A stretch of 64,000 nt of DNA, from contig OX597825.1 of assembly GCA_951406725.2 (NCBI GenBank), forward strand, positions 20,770,001-20,834,000. The letters run 5' to 3'. Each line of letters begins with the position of its first letter. The stretch's first letter is position 1. This document shows positions 15,001 through 29,638 of this stretch, in pieces. Origin of the DNA: Octopus vulgaris (lineage: Eukaryota). The translations under genes were made by a program, and so were the position numbers. The notes under the pieces were generated by a model that was given only the letters and a program-made list of their open reading frames with translations, was not told the origin of the DNA and did no database searches.

Positions 15001-17898
15001 TATATGTAGGGAGGTGGGTAATTACATAATTATTTATGTATGGTGCAGTTCCGCAGTGCCTATACACAAGCCACCACTGGTAGGCAGGTGAGAAGAAGAA
15101 AACAACAAGAAGGTAATGTACAAATTCATTCTGATATCTCACCTGTAGCAAACTTTTATCAGCTCCTTCACTAACGGCATGCATGGTGGCACAAACATCA
15201 TCTAACATGCTCATAATTCCAGGGGGTTTCTTTTGTTCAATTAGATCACACACTATTTTGTTGTTGAAATATTCAATTGGAGTCCATTTTATATTTTCGG
15301 CCATGTATTCTTCCTGCAAAAAATTTTGGAATATTTGTTAAGAATATTAATTTATGACATATAAAACACTATTAGAGGATTATAAATATCAATACACACA
15401 CACATATATATCCATATATACATATACATATGTATATATATATATATAAATCATCATCATCATCATCATCGTCTAATGTCCGTTTTCCATGCTAGCATGG
15501 GTTGGACGGTTCAACCGGGGATCTGGGAAGCGAGCGGGCTGCACCAGGTTCCAGTCTGATCTGGCAGTGTTTCTATAGCTGGATGCCCTTCCTAATGCCA
15601 ACCACTCCGTGAGTGTAGTGGGTGCTTTTTACGTGCCACCGGCACAGGTGCCAGGCGAGGCTGCAACAGCCACGATCGGATTGGTGCTTTTTATGTGCCA
15701 CTGGCACAGAAACCAGTCAAGGCAGCGCTGGCATCGCCCACGTTTGGATGATGCTTTTTATGTGCCACCGGCATGGAAGCCAGTCAATGCATATAAGACT
15801 GGTTGAATTGAAAGCTTCCTTATACAATCACAATTGCACTGGGCTGGCCATGTCATCAGGGTGAGAGATGAAGGAATACCCAAAGTCCTTGTGTACAGCC
15901 AGCTTCAGAGTGGGCACAGAAATGTTGGTCAACCATGGCTCAGATATAAGGACAAGCTGAAGAGTAACATCTTAGATAACTCACAAATTTCCTTTGAGTG
16001 AACATCCTTGGAACAAACAAAATGGAAACCATTGTGTCAAAATGATATCAAAACCTTACTTGCAACCAGCATTAACAGGCTTTGGGGTGCAAGGCAAAGG
16101 AGAAAAGCAGGTGCAAATAAACCACCTGTGCTGACCTGTAATCCTCAAATTTGCAATATCTATGGCCTTTTTTGTAAATTGTTGGCAGGACTTAAATATC
16201 ACATTTGACGTAAGCATTATGACTGTCAAAGAAAGAGTCCGTTGTCGGAGTCTCATACGCTGAAACCAATAAGAGTCCATCATATATATATACTCTCTTT
16301 TACTCTTTTACTTGTTTCAGTCATTTGACTGTGGCCATGCTGGGGCACCACCTTTAGTTGAGCAAATTGACCCCCAGGACTTATTCTTTGTAAGCCTAGT
16401 ACTTATTCTATCGGTCACTTTTGCCAAACCACTAAGTGACGGGGACGTAAACACACCAGCATCGGTTGTCAAGTGATGCTAGGGGGACAAACACAGATAC
16501 ATAAACATACACACACACATATATATATATACATATATACGACAGGCTTCTTTCAGTTCCTGTCTACCAGATCCACTCACAAGGCTTTGGTCGGCCTGAA
16601 GCTATAGTAGAAGATACTTGCCCAAGGTGCCACGCATTGGGACAGAACCTAAAAGCATGTGGTTGGTAAGCAAACTACTTACCACACAGCCACTCCTGAT
16701 AGGTAATTAGTAAAGGATGTTTACCGATTTACTCAGTTAGGTATTTAATTGCAATGGTTACTAATCAATGCAGTAGAAACATGTAAGTCTATGTTAAGCT
16801 GTATGTATACAAAAAGGAATTAAAGGTAATCTTATGCCACTTTGTTATAATAATTCTTATTATTATATATATATATATGTTTGTATGTATGTATGTATGT
16901 ATGTATGTATGTATGTATGTATGTCAGTGTCCTGCATATCACAGGCCTTTAACGAGGACTTGACACAGTCCTTAAATCGCAGCCTTGGTTTCTGCCAGAG
17001 TCTCCTTCCATTCACAAGTTCTCCATAGAGCATCTTCTTAGGAATCCTTCTATCCTCCATTCCAATAAGGTGTCCAGTCCAACGCAACCGGTGCTGTCAT
17101 CGCCACAGATGGAGGAAGCAGGTTAAGGAGGGGATAGACACTTTTGAGAGAGCACGTATCCAGCATGAAGAACATAAGCGAGCTGCGCGAAAGCACACCG
17201 CTCGTATAGTGAATGGGGAAAGCTTGGTCTGCAATGTTTGCAGTCGTGTATGCTTGTCAAGAGCAGGGCTCAGTAGCCACCAACAGAGCCGCAAATGCAA
17301 AATATAAGTTAGTCCTAGAGCGCACAATGTTCCTGAAGGTCGGCCATGGTCTTCCTCGGTCACGAGTGGACTGCCATCATGTATGGATGTATGTATGTAT
17401 GTATGTATGTGTGTGTGTGTATATATATATATGTATACATATATTTATTATTCTTGAACAAAAATATTATTGATAGTGACTTTGAAGTTTTGGACACTTA
17501 AGCTATCATTGCACTCTACAAAAGTATAGAGTAACCCATCAGGTTAATCATCATCATCATTTAACGTCCGCTTTCCATGCTAGCATGGGTTGGACGGTTC
17601 AACTGGGGTCTGGGGAGCCCGAAAGCTGCACCAGTCCAGTCAGATCTATGTATGTGTGTGTGTGTATATATATATATGTATACATATATTTATTATTCTT
17701 GCCACCGACACGTAAGTAAAAATTAAAACAAAACATTCACTATATATATATATACACACACACATATATACACACACACTCACACACAAACACATACATA
17801 CATACACATATACACACATAAATATATATGCATATATATAAGCATACACACACATATACATATATATGTATGTAAGTATGTATGTATGTATGTGTGTA

Positions 17899-17933
<35 letters not shown>

Positions 17934-20382
17934 GACCCGGCAAGACCAGTGAGAACAATCAAAATCAAATCATATATCAGAAAGCAGGGGTTAAGTGACC
18001 CATCTGTTCGTGTCCGCTGTCAGCCTCGTCTGGCACCCGTGTCGGTGATACGTAAAAGCACCATTCGCTCATGGCCGTTTGCCAGCTCTGTCTGGCCCCC
18101 GTGTCGGTGGCACGTAAAAGCACCATCCGTTCGTGTTCGTGGCCATTTGCCAGCTCTGTCTGGCCCCGTGTCGGTGGCACGTAAAAGCACCATCTGTTCG
18201 TGTTCGTTGCCAGCCTTGGCTGGTCCCCGTGCAGGTGACACGTAAAAGCACCATTCGCTCATGGCCGTTTGCCAGCTCTGTCTGGCCCCCGTGTCGGTGG
18301 CACGTAAAAGCACCATCCGTTCGTGTTCGTGGCCGTTTGCCAGCTCTGTCTGGCCCCGTGTCAGTGGCACGTAAAAGCACCATCCATTCGTGTTCGTTGC
18401 CAGCCTCGGCTGGCCCCCGTGCATGTGACACGTAAAAGCACCGTCCGTTCGTGGCCGTTTGCCAGCTCTGTCTGGCAACCGTGTCGGTGGCACGTAAAAG
18501 CACCATCCGTTCGTGTCCGTTGCCAGCCTCGGCTGGCCCCTGTGCCAGTGACACGTAAAAGCACTGTCCGTTCATGGCCGTTTGCCAGCTCTGTCAGACT
18601 CCGTGTCGGTGGCACGTAAAAGCACCATCCGTTCGTGTTCGTTGCCAGCCTTGGCTGGCCCCCGTGCAGGTGACACGTAAAAGCACCGTCCGTTCGTGGC
18701 CATTTGCCAGCTCTGTCTGGCCCCGTGTCGGTGGCACGTAAAAGCACCACCCGTTTGTGACCGTTGCCAGCATTGCCTGGCCCCGTGCCGGTGACACGTA
18801 AAAATACCATCCGTTCATGGCCGTTCGCCAGCTCTGTCTGGCACCTGTGCAGGTGGCACGTAAAAAACACCCACTACACTCGCGGAGTGGTTGGCGTTAG
18901 GAAGGGCATCCAGCCGTAGAAATACTGCCAGACCAGACTGGAGCCTGGGGCAGCCCCTGGCTCCCCAGACCCCGGTCGAACCGTCCAACCCGTGCTAGCG
19001 CGGAAAACGGACGTTAAACGATGATGATGATGATGATGATATATATATGTATATATGTATGTATGTATGTATATATTATAATATGAGAGGTTTTGGTATC
19101 CAGAAGACCCCAAAGGCAGGTAAGGCTATGTAAGTGTTATAGAAGGACCGCTGTTAAGTTCTTTGTTCAGTAATTAATAGCACGAGTAAAGAGTCTATCC
19201 AACATGCATTTTTATTTTCATATGTTCTTTTTATACGTTCTGTATTATACCTAATTTCTTGTATATCTCTCCCTTTCCCGAATAACTCTACTAATACCTT
19301 CTATTTGAAGCTCTTTTAACTTGTCTCTGATGATAGGATATCCTTTATTTACCTGAAAAAGCTGTAAGACCACCTTTCTATTTATAAATGTCTTAGGAAT
19401 TGCCTTGGCCTTGTTATTTTATTTAACATACATGTGTATGTGAATGTTTGTGTGTGTGTGTGTGTGTGTGTATGTTTGTGTGTGCATGTATGTGTGTATA
19501 TGTGTGTGTTTGTGTGTGTGTTTGTGCACTTGTGCATGTGTATGTATGTGTATGTGTGTATGTGTATATATGTATATATATATATATGTATATGTATATA
19601 TATAATCAGACCCTCAAATAAGACCAACAAATTCTTTCAACACACCCAAACAATGGCTGCCCACAAGCTCAACCATCCCAGTATCTAACAATCAAGGTAC
19701 TATGACATCATTGGTGATTGTGAGATAACAAATTAAATATTTGCTTTTCTTCCCTGTCACCCCACAAACTTACATAATCTGTAAGCATAATCTACCATTT
19801 AGCAATATTTATTTAACACTGAATTAATATATGCAGATTATTTATTTAACAAATTATTTATTTAATAGGAAAAGTGCAAAATTTTCAAAATTCTTATGTT
19901 TTTGTTTAAAAAAGCTGTTATAAATAATATATTATTTGCATTATGATTAATCCAATATTTAAGGAAACAAACTCTGTGTAGACCCTTTTTCTTGGTACCC
20001 TAAACACAGACTCTGGTGTTTTGTGATTTAATCTGGCCCTGAGGCTGATATCGTTCAACTGAAGCCATCGTGAACATGCAGGCATACGACTAAAGCAACA
20101 TTTTTGCTTTGCTTTGCTTTGTCTGTGTGTGTGTGTGCATGCGCGCGTGTGTTAATACAGGGAGACACAGACAGACTGACTGACAGACAGACAGACAGAC
20201 AGATCGATACACACACACATATATATTAAAATGAAGACTAGAATGTTTGTGTGTGTGTGCATGTATGTGTGTATGTATGTGTGTATGTGTGTATGTTTGT
20301 GTGTGCACATGTGCATGTGTGTGTATGTGTGAATATGTGTGTGCATATTTGTGTATGTGTGTGTGTGTGTATGTATGTGTGT

Positions 20383-20415
<33 letters not shown>

Positions 20416-20684
20416 AGTGTGTATATGTGCATGTGTGTGTGAGTGATGGCAGTGGTGGTGGCAGTGGTGGTAGTGGTGATGGTGGTGGTGGTGGTGGTGG
20501 TGGTGGTGGTAGCAGTGTTGGTGGTGGTGATAGCAGTGCTGCTGCTGCTGATGATGATGATGACGGCGTTGGCGTTGGTGGTGGTGGGGGTAACAGTTTC
20601 AGTGACAGTCGTGGTGGTGGTGGTGGTGGTGGAAAAGATGGTACTAGTGACACTGCTAATGATAATGATTACAACTGCAGCAGC

Positions 20685-20716
<32 letters not shown>

Positions 20717-21449
20717 CAATAACAGCAGTACCCTAGTAGAACTGGTAGTAACAGTAGAGTCTAACCTGTTCGGCCTTCAGTGTGAGCTCAATGAAGATTT
20801 GTTGTAGTTTTTCATTGACGTAATTGATGCAGAACTGTTCAAAACCATTATTGTCAAATATCTCAAAGCCATAAATGTCCAAAATCCCAACGTCTAATCC
20901 CTCTGTCGTCAGATGCATGGCTTTGTTGATAGTCTGCAAAAATCAAAGAATACACCAATGAATGAACGGAAGATTCAATGAGAACTGAAATAAAAAAAAA
21001 AATACATAAATAATTCTGTCTGCTATAAGCACAAGATGTTTTATATTGGCCCCAGTGTATCACGGGTACCTATTTCATTGACATCAAAAGGATGAAAGGC
21101 AAAGTCGACCCCGGTGGAATTTGAACTCAGAATGTAAAATTATACGAAATACCAATTTCTTTACTACCCACAAGGGGCTAAACACAGAGAGGACAAACAA
21201 GGACAGACAAACGGATTAAGTTGATTATATCAACTCCAATGCATAACTGGTACTTATTTAATCGGCCCCGAAAAGGATGAAAGGCAAAGTTGATCTTGGC
21301 GGAATTTGAACTCACAATGTAACGGCAGACGAAATACCGCTAAGCATTTTGCCCGGCGCGCTAACATTTCTGCCAATTTGCCGCCTTCAAAATACCACAA
21401 AGCATTTCAATCCAGTGTGCTAATAATTCTATGAGTTTGCTGCCTTATC

Positions 21450-21499
<50 letters not shown>

Positions 21500-23311
21500 T
21501 CCAGTTCTATATTTAAGGGATGAGGAATTATGTACATTATTTACATTATTTACATTATTTACATTCGATGGATATTTGTCCTCATCTTGTTTGTTGTTAA
21601 CACAACATTTCAGCTGATATACCCGTCAGTCTTCATCAGGTGTTTGGGGGAAATTTTGAACCTGGGTTCTCATTCCTAAGGTATTTTTCGATGTTGTTAT
21701 TATTATTATTCTTTCAGTTTCTGTTTACCAAATCCACTCACAAGGCTTTGGTCGGCCTGAGGCTATAGTAGAAGACACTTGCACAAGGTGCCACGCAGTG
21801 GTAATGAACCTGGAACCACGTGTTTGGTAAGCAAGCTACTTACCACCCAGCCACTCCTGCACCTATAATGCATCAAAAGTTAGTTACTTAAATTATGGAA
21901 GAGAACTAGATTAAATTATGGAGTACTGGATTAAATGCTAAAGTACCAGATCAAAAAGCAGATTGCTAGATTAACTGGTAGAGTACCATACCAGATGAAA
22001 TAATATACAACCTGATTAAATGATAGATTATACAATTGAATGGTAGATTACCAAATTAACTAGTAGACAGCTAGATTAACTGATGGAGTACTATACCAGA
22101 TTAAATGGTATATGACAAGGCCTTTAACCCTTTGGAGGTTGTTGAGGCACTGCAGCCAAGCAGTGTATCTAGGGAGAGAAAGCCTGGCGGAGCCTGGCCC
22201 TCTCCAGGCTAAACTCATTCCAGTGGACTGGAGCAATGTGAAATGTGAAATAAAGTGTTTTTGCTCAAGGACACAACGCATCGCCCAGTCCAGGAATTGA
22301 AACCACAATCATGTGGTCATGAATCTAACACCCTAACCACTAAGCCACAGTATAAGCAATGTTTTATAAACCAATTAAATGATATAATACCAGAGGCAAA
22401 AGGAAAGAGAAGGAGAAAGCTGTTGGTTTGTTGGAGCTTACCGTGACAAGATAGTCAAAAAGCCTGTTATAAAGAGCTTTTGATAAAGCATCCCTGGTAT
22501 AAAGAGCCTGGTCGACGTTGAGCTTCATGGCAATTTTCTCGGACTTTCCTCCCCATTTGCTGTCCATCACTCGACCAGTGAGTTTCTCATTTAAAAGGTC
22601 TTTGTCGATTCTCAACAAGTGTGCAGGGAAGTCTAAAACTATAAAAAAAACAAAGGAAAAATGAACATGTAAATAATAATAATAATAATATTAGGGAGTA
22701 TATCCAAACTTACAGGGAAAAATTAGATTTAGGATTAAATCAAATTTCACAGTATAAATATAAATTAAATTAGAGATAAAACAACTATTAGGCAACTTTA
22801 ACAGTGATAGACATAAAGCAAAACATAAAAAACAAAAAATAAATATATTTAATATAATATATAATATATATATAAAATATAAAAATTTTAAAATATAAAT
22901 TTTAAAATTTTAAATTTTAATAATTTAAATTTTAAATTTTATATTTTATATATATATTATATTAATATTTTTGTTTTTTATGTTTTAGTTTATGTCTATC
23001 ACTGTTTGAGTTGCCTAATAGTGGTTTTATCTCTAATTTATATTTTATATATATATACATATAAATACAATTAAATAATTATGGACTAAATTTTAAAATA
23101 AAACAAAATAAACAATGATGTACAATAGGAACAAAAGTGTAAAACAGATGAGCAACATATTAAAACTTTTGGATTGTCATCCTCCTCCCCATCCTCATCA
23201 TTGCTGTCATCATCATCATCTTCATCATCATCTCCCTCATCATCATCATCATCATCATCGTCATCATCATCATCATCATCTTCCTCATCATCAACATCAA
23301 CACCATCATTC

Positions 23312-23353
<42 letters not shown>

Positions 23354-23360
23354 ACACCAC

Positions 23361-23407
<47 letters not shown>

Positions 23408-26400
23408 ACACCAACATCATCATCATCATCATCATCATCGTCATCATCAACTTCATCATCATTAATAATCCGTTTTACTTCCGCCTTTTCCGTGTTGGCA
23501 GGACTTTCCTCAGGCAACGTTTTAGAACCAGATATTCATCATTATCATCATCATCATCACCGTAGTCATCATCAACATGGTTACAGGGATATAAACACAC
23601 CAACACCAGTTGTCAAACAGTGGTGGTGAACAGACACACCCACACACACACACATACACACATAGGCATATATGAGTATATACAACAAGCTTCTTTCAGT
23701 TTCCATCTACCAAGTTCACTCACAAGACTTTGGTCATCACAAAGCTATAGTAGAAGTCATTGGCCCAAGGTGCCATGTAGTAGGACTGAACCCAGAACAA
23801 TGTGGATGGGAAGCACACTTCTCATTTCTTTATTGCCCACAAGGGGCTAAACAGAGAGGGGACAAACAAGGACAGACAAACGGATTAAGTCAATTACATC
23901 GACTGCAGTGCCTAACTGGTACTTAATTTATTGACCCCGAAAGGATGAAAGGCAAAGTCGACCTTGGCGGAATTTGAACTCAGAACGTAAAGACAGACGA
24001 AATTTCACTAAGCATTTCGTCCGGCGTGCTAACGTTTCTTATTTCTTTATTGCCCTTAAGGGGCTAAACATAGAAGGGACAAACAAGGAGAAAGGGATTA
24101 AGTTGATTACATCGACCCCAGTGCATAACTGGTACTTAATTTATCGACCCTTAAAGGATGAAAGGCAAAGTCAACCTCAGCGGAATTTGAACTCAGAACG
24201 TAGCGGCAGACGAAATACCTATTTCTTTACTACCCACAAGGGGCTAAACACAGAGGGGACAAACAAGGATAGACAAAGGGATTAAATCGATTACATCGAC
24301 CCCAGTACGTAACTGGTACTTAATTTAATCGACCCCGAAAGGATGAAAGGCAAAGTCGACCTCGGCGGAATTTGAACTCAGAACGTAACAGCAGATGAAA
24401 TACTGCTAAGCATTTCGTCCGGCATGCTAACGTTTCTTATTTCTTTATTGCCCACAAGGGGCTAAACATAGAAGGGACAAACAGGGACAAAGGGATTAAG
24501 TCGATTACATTGACCCCATTGTGTAACTGGTACTTAATTTATCGACCTCGAAAGGATGAAAGGTAAAGTCGACCTCAGCGGAATTTGAACTCACAACATA
24601 GCGGCAGGCGAAATAGCTATTTCTTTACTGTCCACAAGGGTCTAAACACAGAGGGGAAAAACAAGGACAGACAAAGGGATTAAATCGATTATATCAACCC
24701 CAGTGCATAACTGGTACTTATTTAATCCACCCCGAAAGGATGAAAGGCAAAGTCGACCTCGGCGGAATTTGAACTCAGAACATAAAGACAGACGAAATAT
24801 CTATTTCTTTACAACCCACAAGGGGCTAAAAACAGAGGGGACAAACAAGGACAGACAAACGGATTAAGTAAATTATATCGATCCTAGTGCATAACTGGTA
24901 CTTATTTAGTTGACCCCGAAAAAGATGAAAGGCAAAGTCGACCTCAGCGGAATTTAAACTCAGAACGTAACAGCAGACGAAATACCACTAGGCATTTCGC
25001 CCGGCATGCTAACATTTCTGCCAGCTCGCCGCCTTTATTACCGCACGCTTCTTACCATACAGCTACACCTGCAACCAATACTCTGCAAAAAAAAAAAAAA
25101 AAAAGGAAAATATATACCAACCAACTTACATTCATTGTTAGTAACCAAGGCATAGTTTCCTTCTTCATAGAATGAAATATTTCCAAGATGAAGAATTGCT
25201 GCAGTTAGAGTCAGGATGTTGCCTTTATATTTTTGAGAGATTCCCATGACATCCATTGCATGCTGAAAATATTAAATTAGGGATGTTAATTATGTGAAAT
25301 TGGAAAGCATGATCTTAATTAGTTTATGTCGATAATAATAATAGTGTTATACTTGGGGACAGTGCCAGATTAAAACCCATAGAGGCCCTGAGCACTTAAA
25401 AGGTTTTTATAGAAGCAGAAGTTCTATGTAAAATTAATTTTAATGATATTAACGATATCGTTAAAATTATTTTAACAATAGGCACAGGAGTGGCTGTGTG
25501 GTAAGTAGCTTGCTTACCAACCACATGGTTCTGGGTTCAGTCCCACTGCGTGGCACCTTGGGCAAGTGTCTTCTACTATAACCTTGTGCTGACCAAAGCC
25601 TTGTGAGTGGATTTGGTAGACGGAAACTGAAAAGAAGCCCGTTGTATACATGTATATGTATATATATGTGTATGTTTGTGCATCTGTGTTTGTCCCTCCA
25701 ACATCGCTTGACAACCAATGCTGGTGTGTTTACGTCCCTGTAACTTAGCGGTTCAGCAAAAGAGGCCGATAGAATAAGTACTAGGCTTTCAAAGAATAAG
25801 ACCTGGCATCAATTTGCTCGACTAAAAGGCAGTGCTCCAGCATGGCCACAGTCAAATGACTGAAACAAGTAAAAGAGTAAAAGAGTAAGGTGCCAAGCGC
25901 TAGGATTGAACCCTGTTTACCTACGTAGAAGATGCTGAACTGGCAGAAGTGTTAGTGCACTGGACAAAATACTTGGTGACATGTCATTTGGGCCTTTACA
26001 TTCTGAGTTCAAATCCTTCTGAGGTTGATTTTGCTTTTCATCATATTGGAGATGAAAAAGCAAATACCAGTTACTCATCATCATCATCATCATTATCATC
26101 ATCATCATCATCATCATTTAATGTCTGTTGTCCATGCTGGCATGGGTTGGACTGTTTGACCAGGGCTAGCAAGCTGGAAGGGAGAGGGAGAGCCGATTAC
26201 ATCGACCCCAGCCCCTCAACTGGTTTGACCCAAAAGGGAAGAAATGCAAAGTCGACCTTGGTGGAATTTGAACTCAGAACATAAAGACAAATGAAATCCT
26301 GCCAAGCATTTTGCCTGGTGTGCTAACAATTCTGCCAACTCACCACATCATCATCATCATCGTTTAACGTCCGTTCTCCATGCTAGCATGGGTTGGACGG

Positions 26401-26704
26401 TTCGACCGGGGATCTGGGAAGCCAGAAGGCTGCACCAGGCCCAGTCTGATCTGGCAGTGTTTCTACAGCTGGATGCCCTTCCCAACGCCAACCACTCCGT
26501 GAGTGTAGTGGGTGCTTTTTACGTGCCACCTGCACAGGTGCCAGGCGAGGCTGGCATCGGCCACGGTTGGATTGGTGCATTTTACGTGCCACCTGCACGG
26601 AAGCCAGTCGAGGCGGCACTGGCTTCGGCCACGATTCGGATGGTGCTTTTTATGTGCCACCGACACGGAAGCCAGTCGAGGCGGCGCTGGCATCGACCCT
26701 TAAA

Positions 26705-26737
<33 letters not shown>

Positions 26738-26966
26738 CCTTTCTACTATAGGCGGAAGGCCTGGAGTTTGTGAGGAGGGAGATAGTGAATCACATGAAAC
26801 CCCCCCCCCCCAGTACTTGACTGGTACTTAATTCATCAACCCCGAAAGGATGAAAAGCAAAGTTGACCTCAGCAGAATTTGAACTCGGAACATGAAGATG
26901 GATGGAATACTGACTGCTAAGCATTTCGCCTGGCATGATACATAATAATTCTGCCAGCTCACTGCC

Positions 26967-26999
<33 letters not shown>

Positions 27000-27001
27000 G
27001 C

Positions 27002-27099
<98 letters not shown>

Positions 27100-29576
27100 T
27101 AATAACTGAAACAGCAATAACAACAACAATATGCATAAAAAATGGTAAAAAGTGTGTGGTGTCTAATAATTTTGTGTAGGAGGTTGAAATATGAATTCTA
27201 ATGAGGTTAAGTAAACACCAAGATCTCTTGATAAATAATTTGGTCATTAAAGAAACATACAGCTTTGGTCTTTTTTTTCTGTGAAATTCTCAAATTATTC
27301 CAGATTTTATTCTTAAAGAATTCTAGAGAGGATTCCCAAACTGTTCCAGAATGTATTGTCATACTACTCTGCACTATATTACCAAATTATTTCAGAATAG
27401 TTTAGTAAAGACAGACTCTATTCTCAAAGTATTCATTTATTCTTTTACTTGTTTCAATCATTAGACTGCGGCCATGCTGGGGCAACAGCTTGAAGAATTG
27501 TAGTCGAACAAATAAACCTCAGTGCTTGATTTTTTCAAGCACACACACACATACACACACATACTTTCACTTACACACACATACACACACACACTTTCAC
27601 TTCCACACACATACACACACACACACTTCCACACACATACACACACACACTTCCACTTACACACACATACACACAAACACTTCCACTTACACACACATAC
27701 ACACAAACACACACTGCTTCTCACACACCCCTCTCACACATGTACACTGCCAGCACCATCAATATATATTTAATCAGTCTCTTTTTGGCAAATTGCTAAG
27801 TTACAGAGATGTAAACACACCAACACTAGTTGTCAAGTTGCGATGAGGGTCAAACACACACACACAATGGGCTTCTTTCAATTTCCATCTATTACATCCA
27901 CTTTTAAGACTTTGGTCAGCTAAAGGTTATAGCAGAAGACATCTGTCCACAGTGACACGTGGTGGGAGTGAACTTCGGACCATGTGGTTAGGAAGCAACC
28001 CTCTTACCACACAGCCACACCCATCTTAAATTTTGTTGTCAAACTGTCCCAGATTATTTTATTAAACTATTCTAAATTCTAGTGTGTAAGGTGTTTAAAA
28101 GCCATTAGATGTGTGTAAAAGCCATTAGAGTGTAGTAATATAAATATATATAAATACATACAACCACTGATTAGATGTGTGTTTCTTAAATGGCTTATAA
28201 AAACCTTCCACGCTGCAATTGTTTTCATTCCAGCACACGATCTCAGATCAGGTCACTTGCAATACAAGTACATCTCCATAATTCTGTTATCAAACTACCC
28301 TGGATTGTCTTCTTAAACATAAACACAAACGCACACAAGCACACATGCATACACACAGTCAGGTGGGGCTGGCATCGACCATGCTTGTATAGTGATTTTT
28401 ACATGCCACCAGCATGGGAGCCAGTCAAGCGGCACTGGCATCGACCACACTCATATGGAACTTTTTACATGCCACCAGTATGGGAGCAAGTCAGGCACCC
28501 TGGCATCAACCATGCTCATTACCGTGTGTATATATATTGTTTGACGTCCGCTTTCCTTGCTGGCATGGGTTGGACGGTTTAACTGAGGGTTGGTGAGCCA
28601 GAAGGCTGCACCAAGCTCCAATCTGATCAGGCAGAGTTTCTACAGCTGAATGCCCTTCCTAATGCCAACTGCTCCGAGAGTGTAGCAATATATATATATA
28701 TATATAACGGGAAGCTTTATGAAAATAAACAAAAGACGAAGGCAGGTGGAAAACAAACGAACAATTGTATTAGTATGGCGCTCAGGAAATATAAATAAAA
28801 CAAGTCTTTAACGTTTCGAGCCTACGCTCTTCAACAGAAAGATACACAGAGAGAGAAAAACACAGAAAGAAGGAGAGAAAAAAAATGCGTGCAGTAGCTA
28901 ACGAATCAACATGGCGATCTGATTTCGGCCAGAGGTCAAAGATCAAACATGAGACGCGAGAGCGAAATAAGGGGAGATAATAGGGTTGATAAAAGGGTTG
29001 AGGGACCAGCTAATAGTGCGTATACATACAACCACTGAAACCTCATATATATGAGCATAGAAAACATGAGAGACTCTCTCCTCATATCCTATCCTCAACA
29101 AACCCAGGGCCACGTTGTTGAGAAGCCAATTTCTTACCAAGACAAAACAAAAGAACCAATTTACCTACCATTGTTTCCTTGAAGTCTTTCACATCGTCAG
29201 TATCATCAATGTCATAGACACCACTCTGGTTGAGGTAATAATAATATTCAGGTTTCACAATTCCCAGGTCCTCTGAAATGACAACGCAATGCAATGAACG
29301 GTGGGTGGTGGTGGTGGTGGTGCTGCTGTTGTTGGTATTGATGGTGATGATGATGATGATGATGATGATAATTATAATGATAATGATGAAGAGGATGGTG
29401 GTGACGGTGGTGATGATTGATAACGATAATGATAATTATAATCACAACGATAATGCTGATGATGATGATGATGACACTGACAACAATGATGATGACGATG
29501 ATAATGATGATGGTGGTGATGATGGAGGTGTTGCTACCACTGTTTCTGCTGCTGCTGCACATTATGATGGTGGTGG

Positions 29577-29638
<62 letters not shown>

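Noticed and set aside
18000-18870. CRISPR-like regular array
   Set aside because: No unique spacers; it is a SINE-internal minisatellite in a eukaryotic intron
21870-22115. Degenerate repeat of about 22 bp (tagattaa..gagtac)
   Set aside because: Ordinary decayed minisatellite with no further structure
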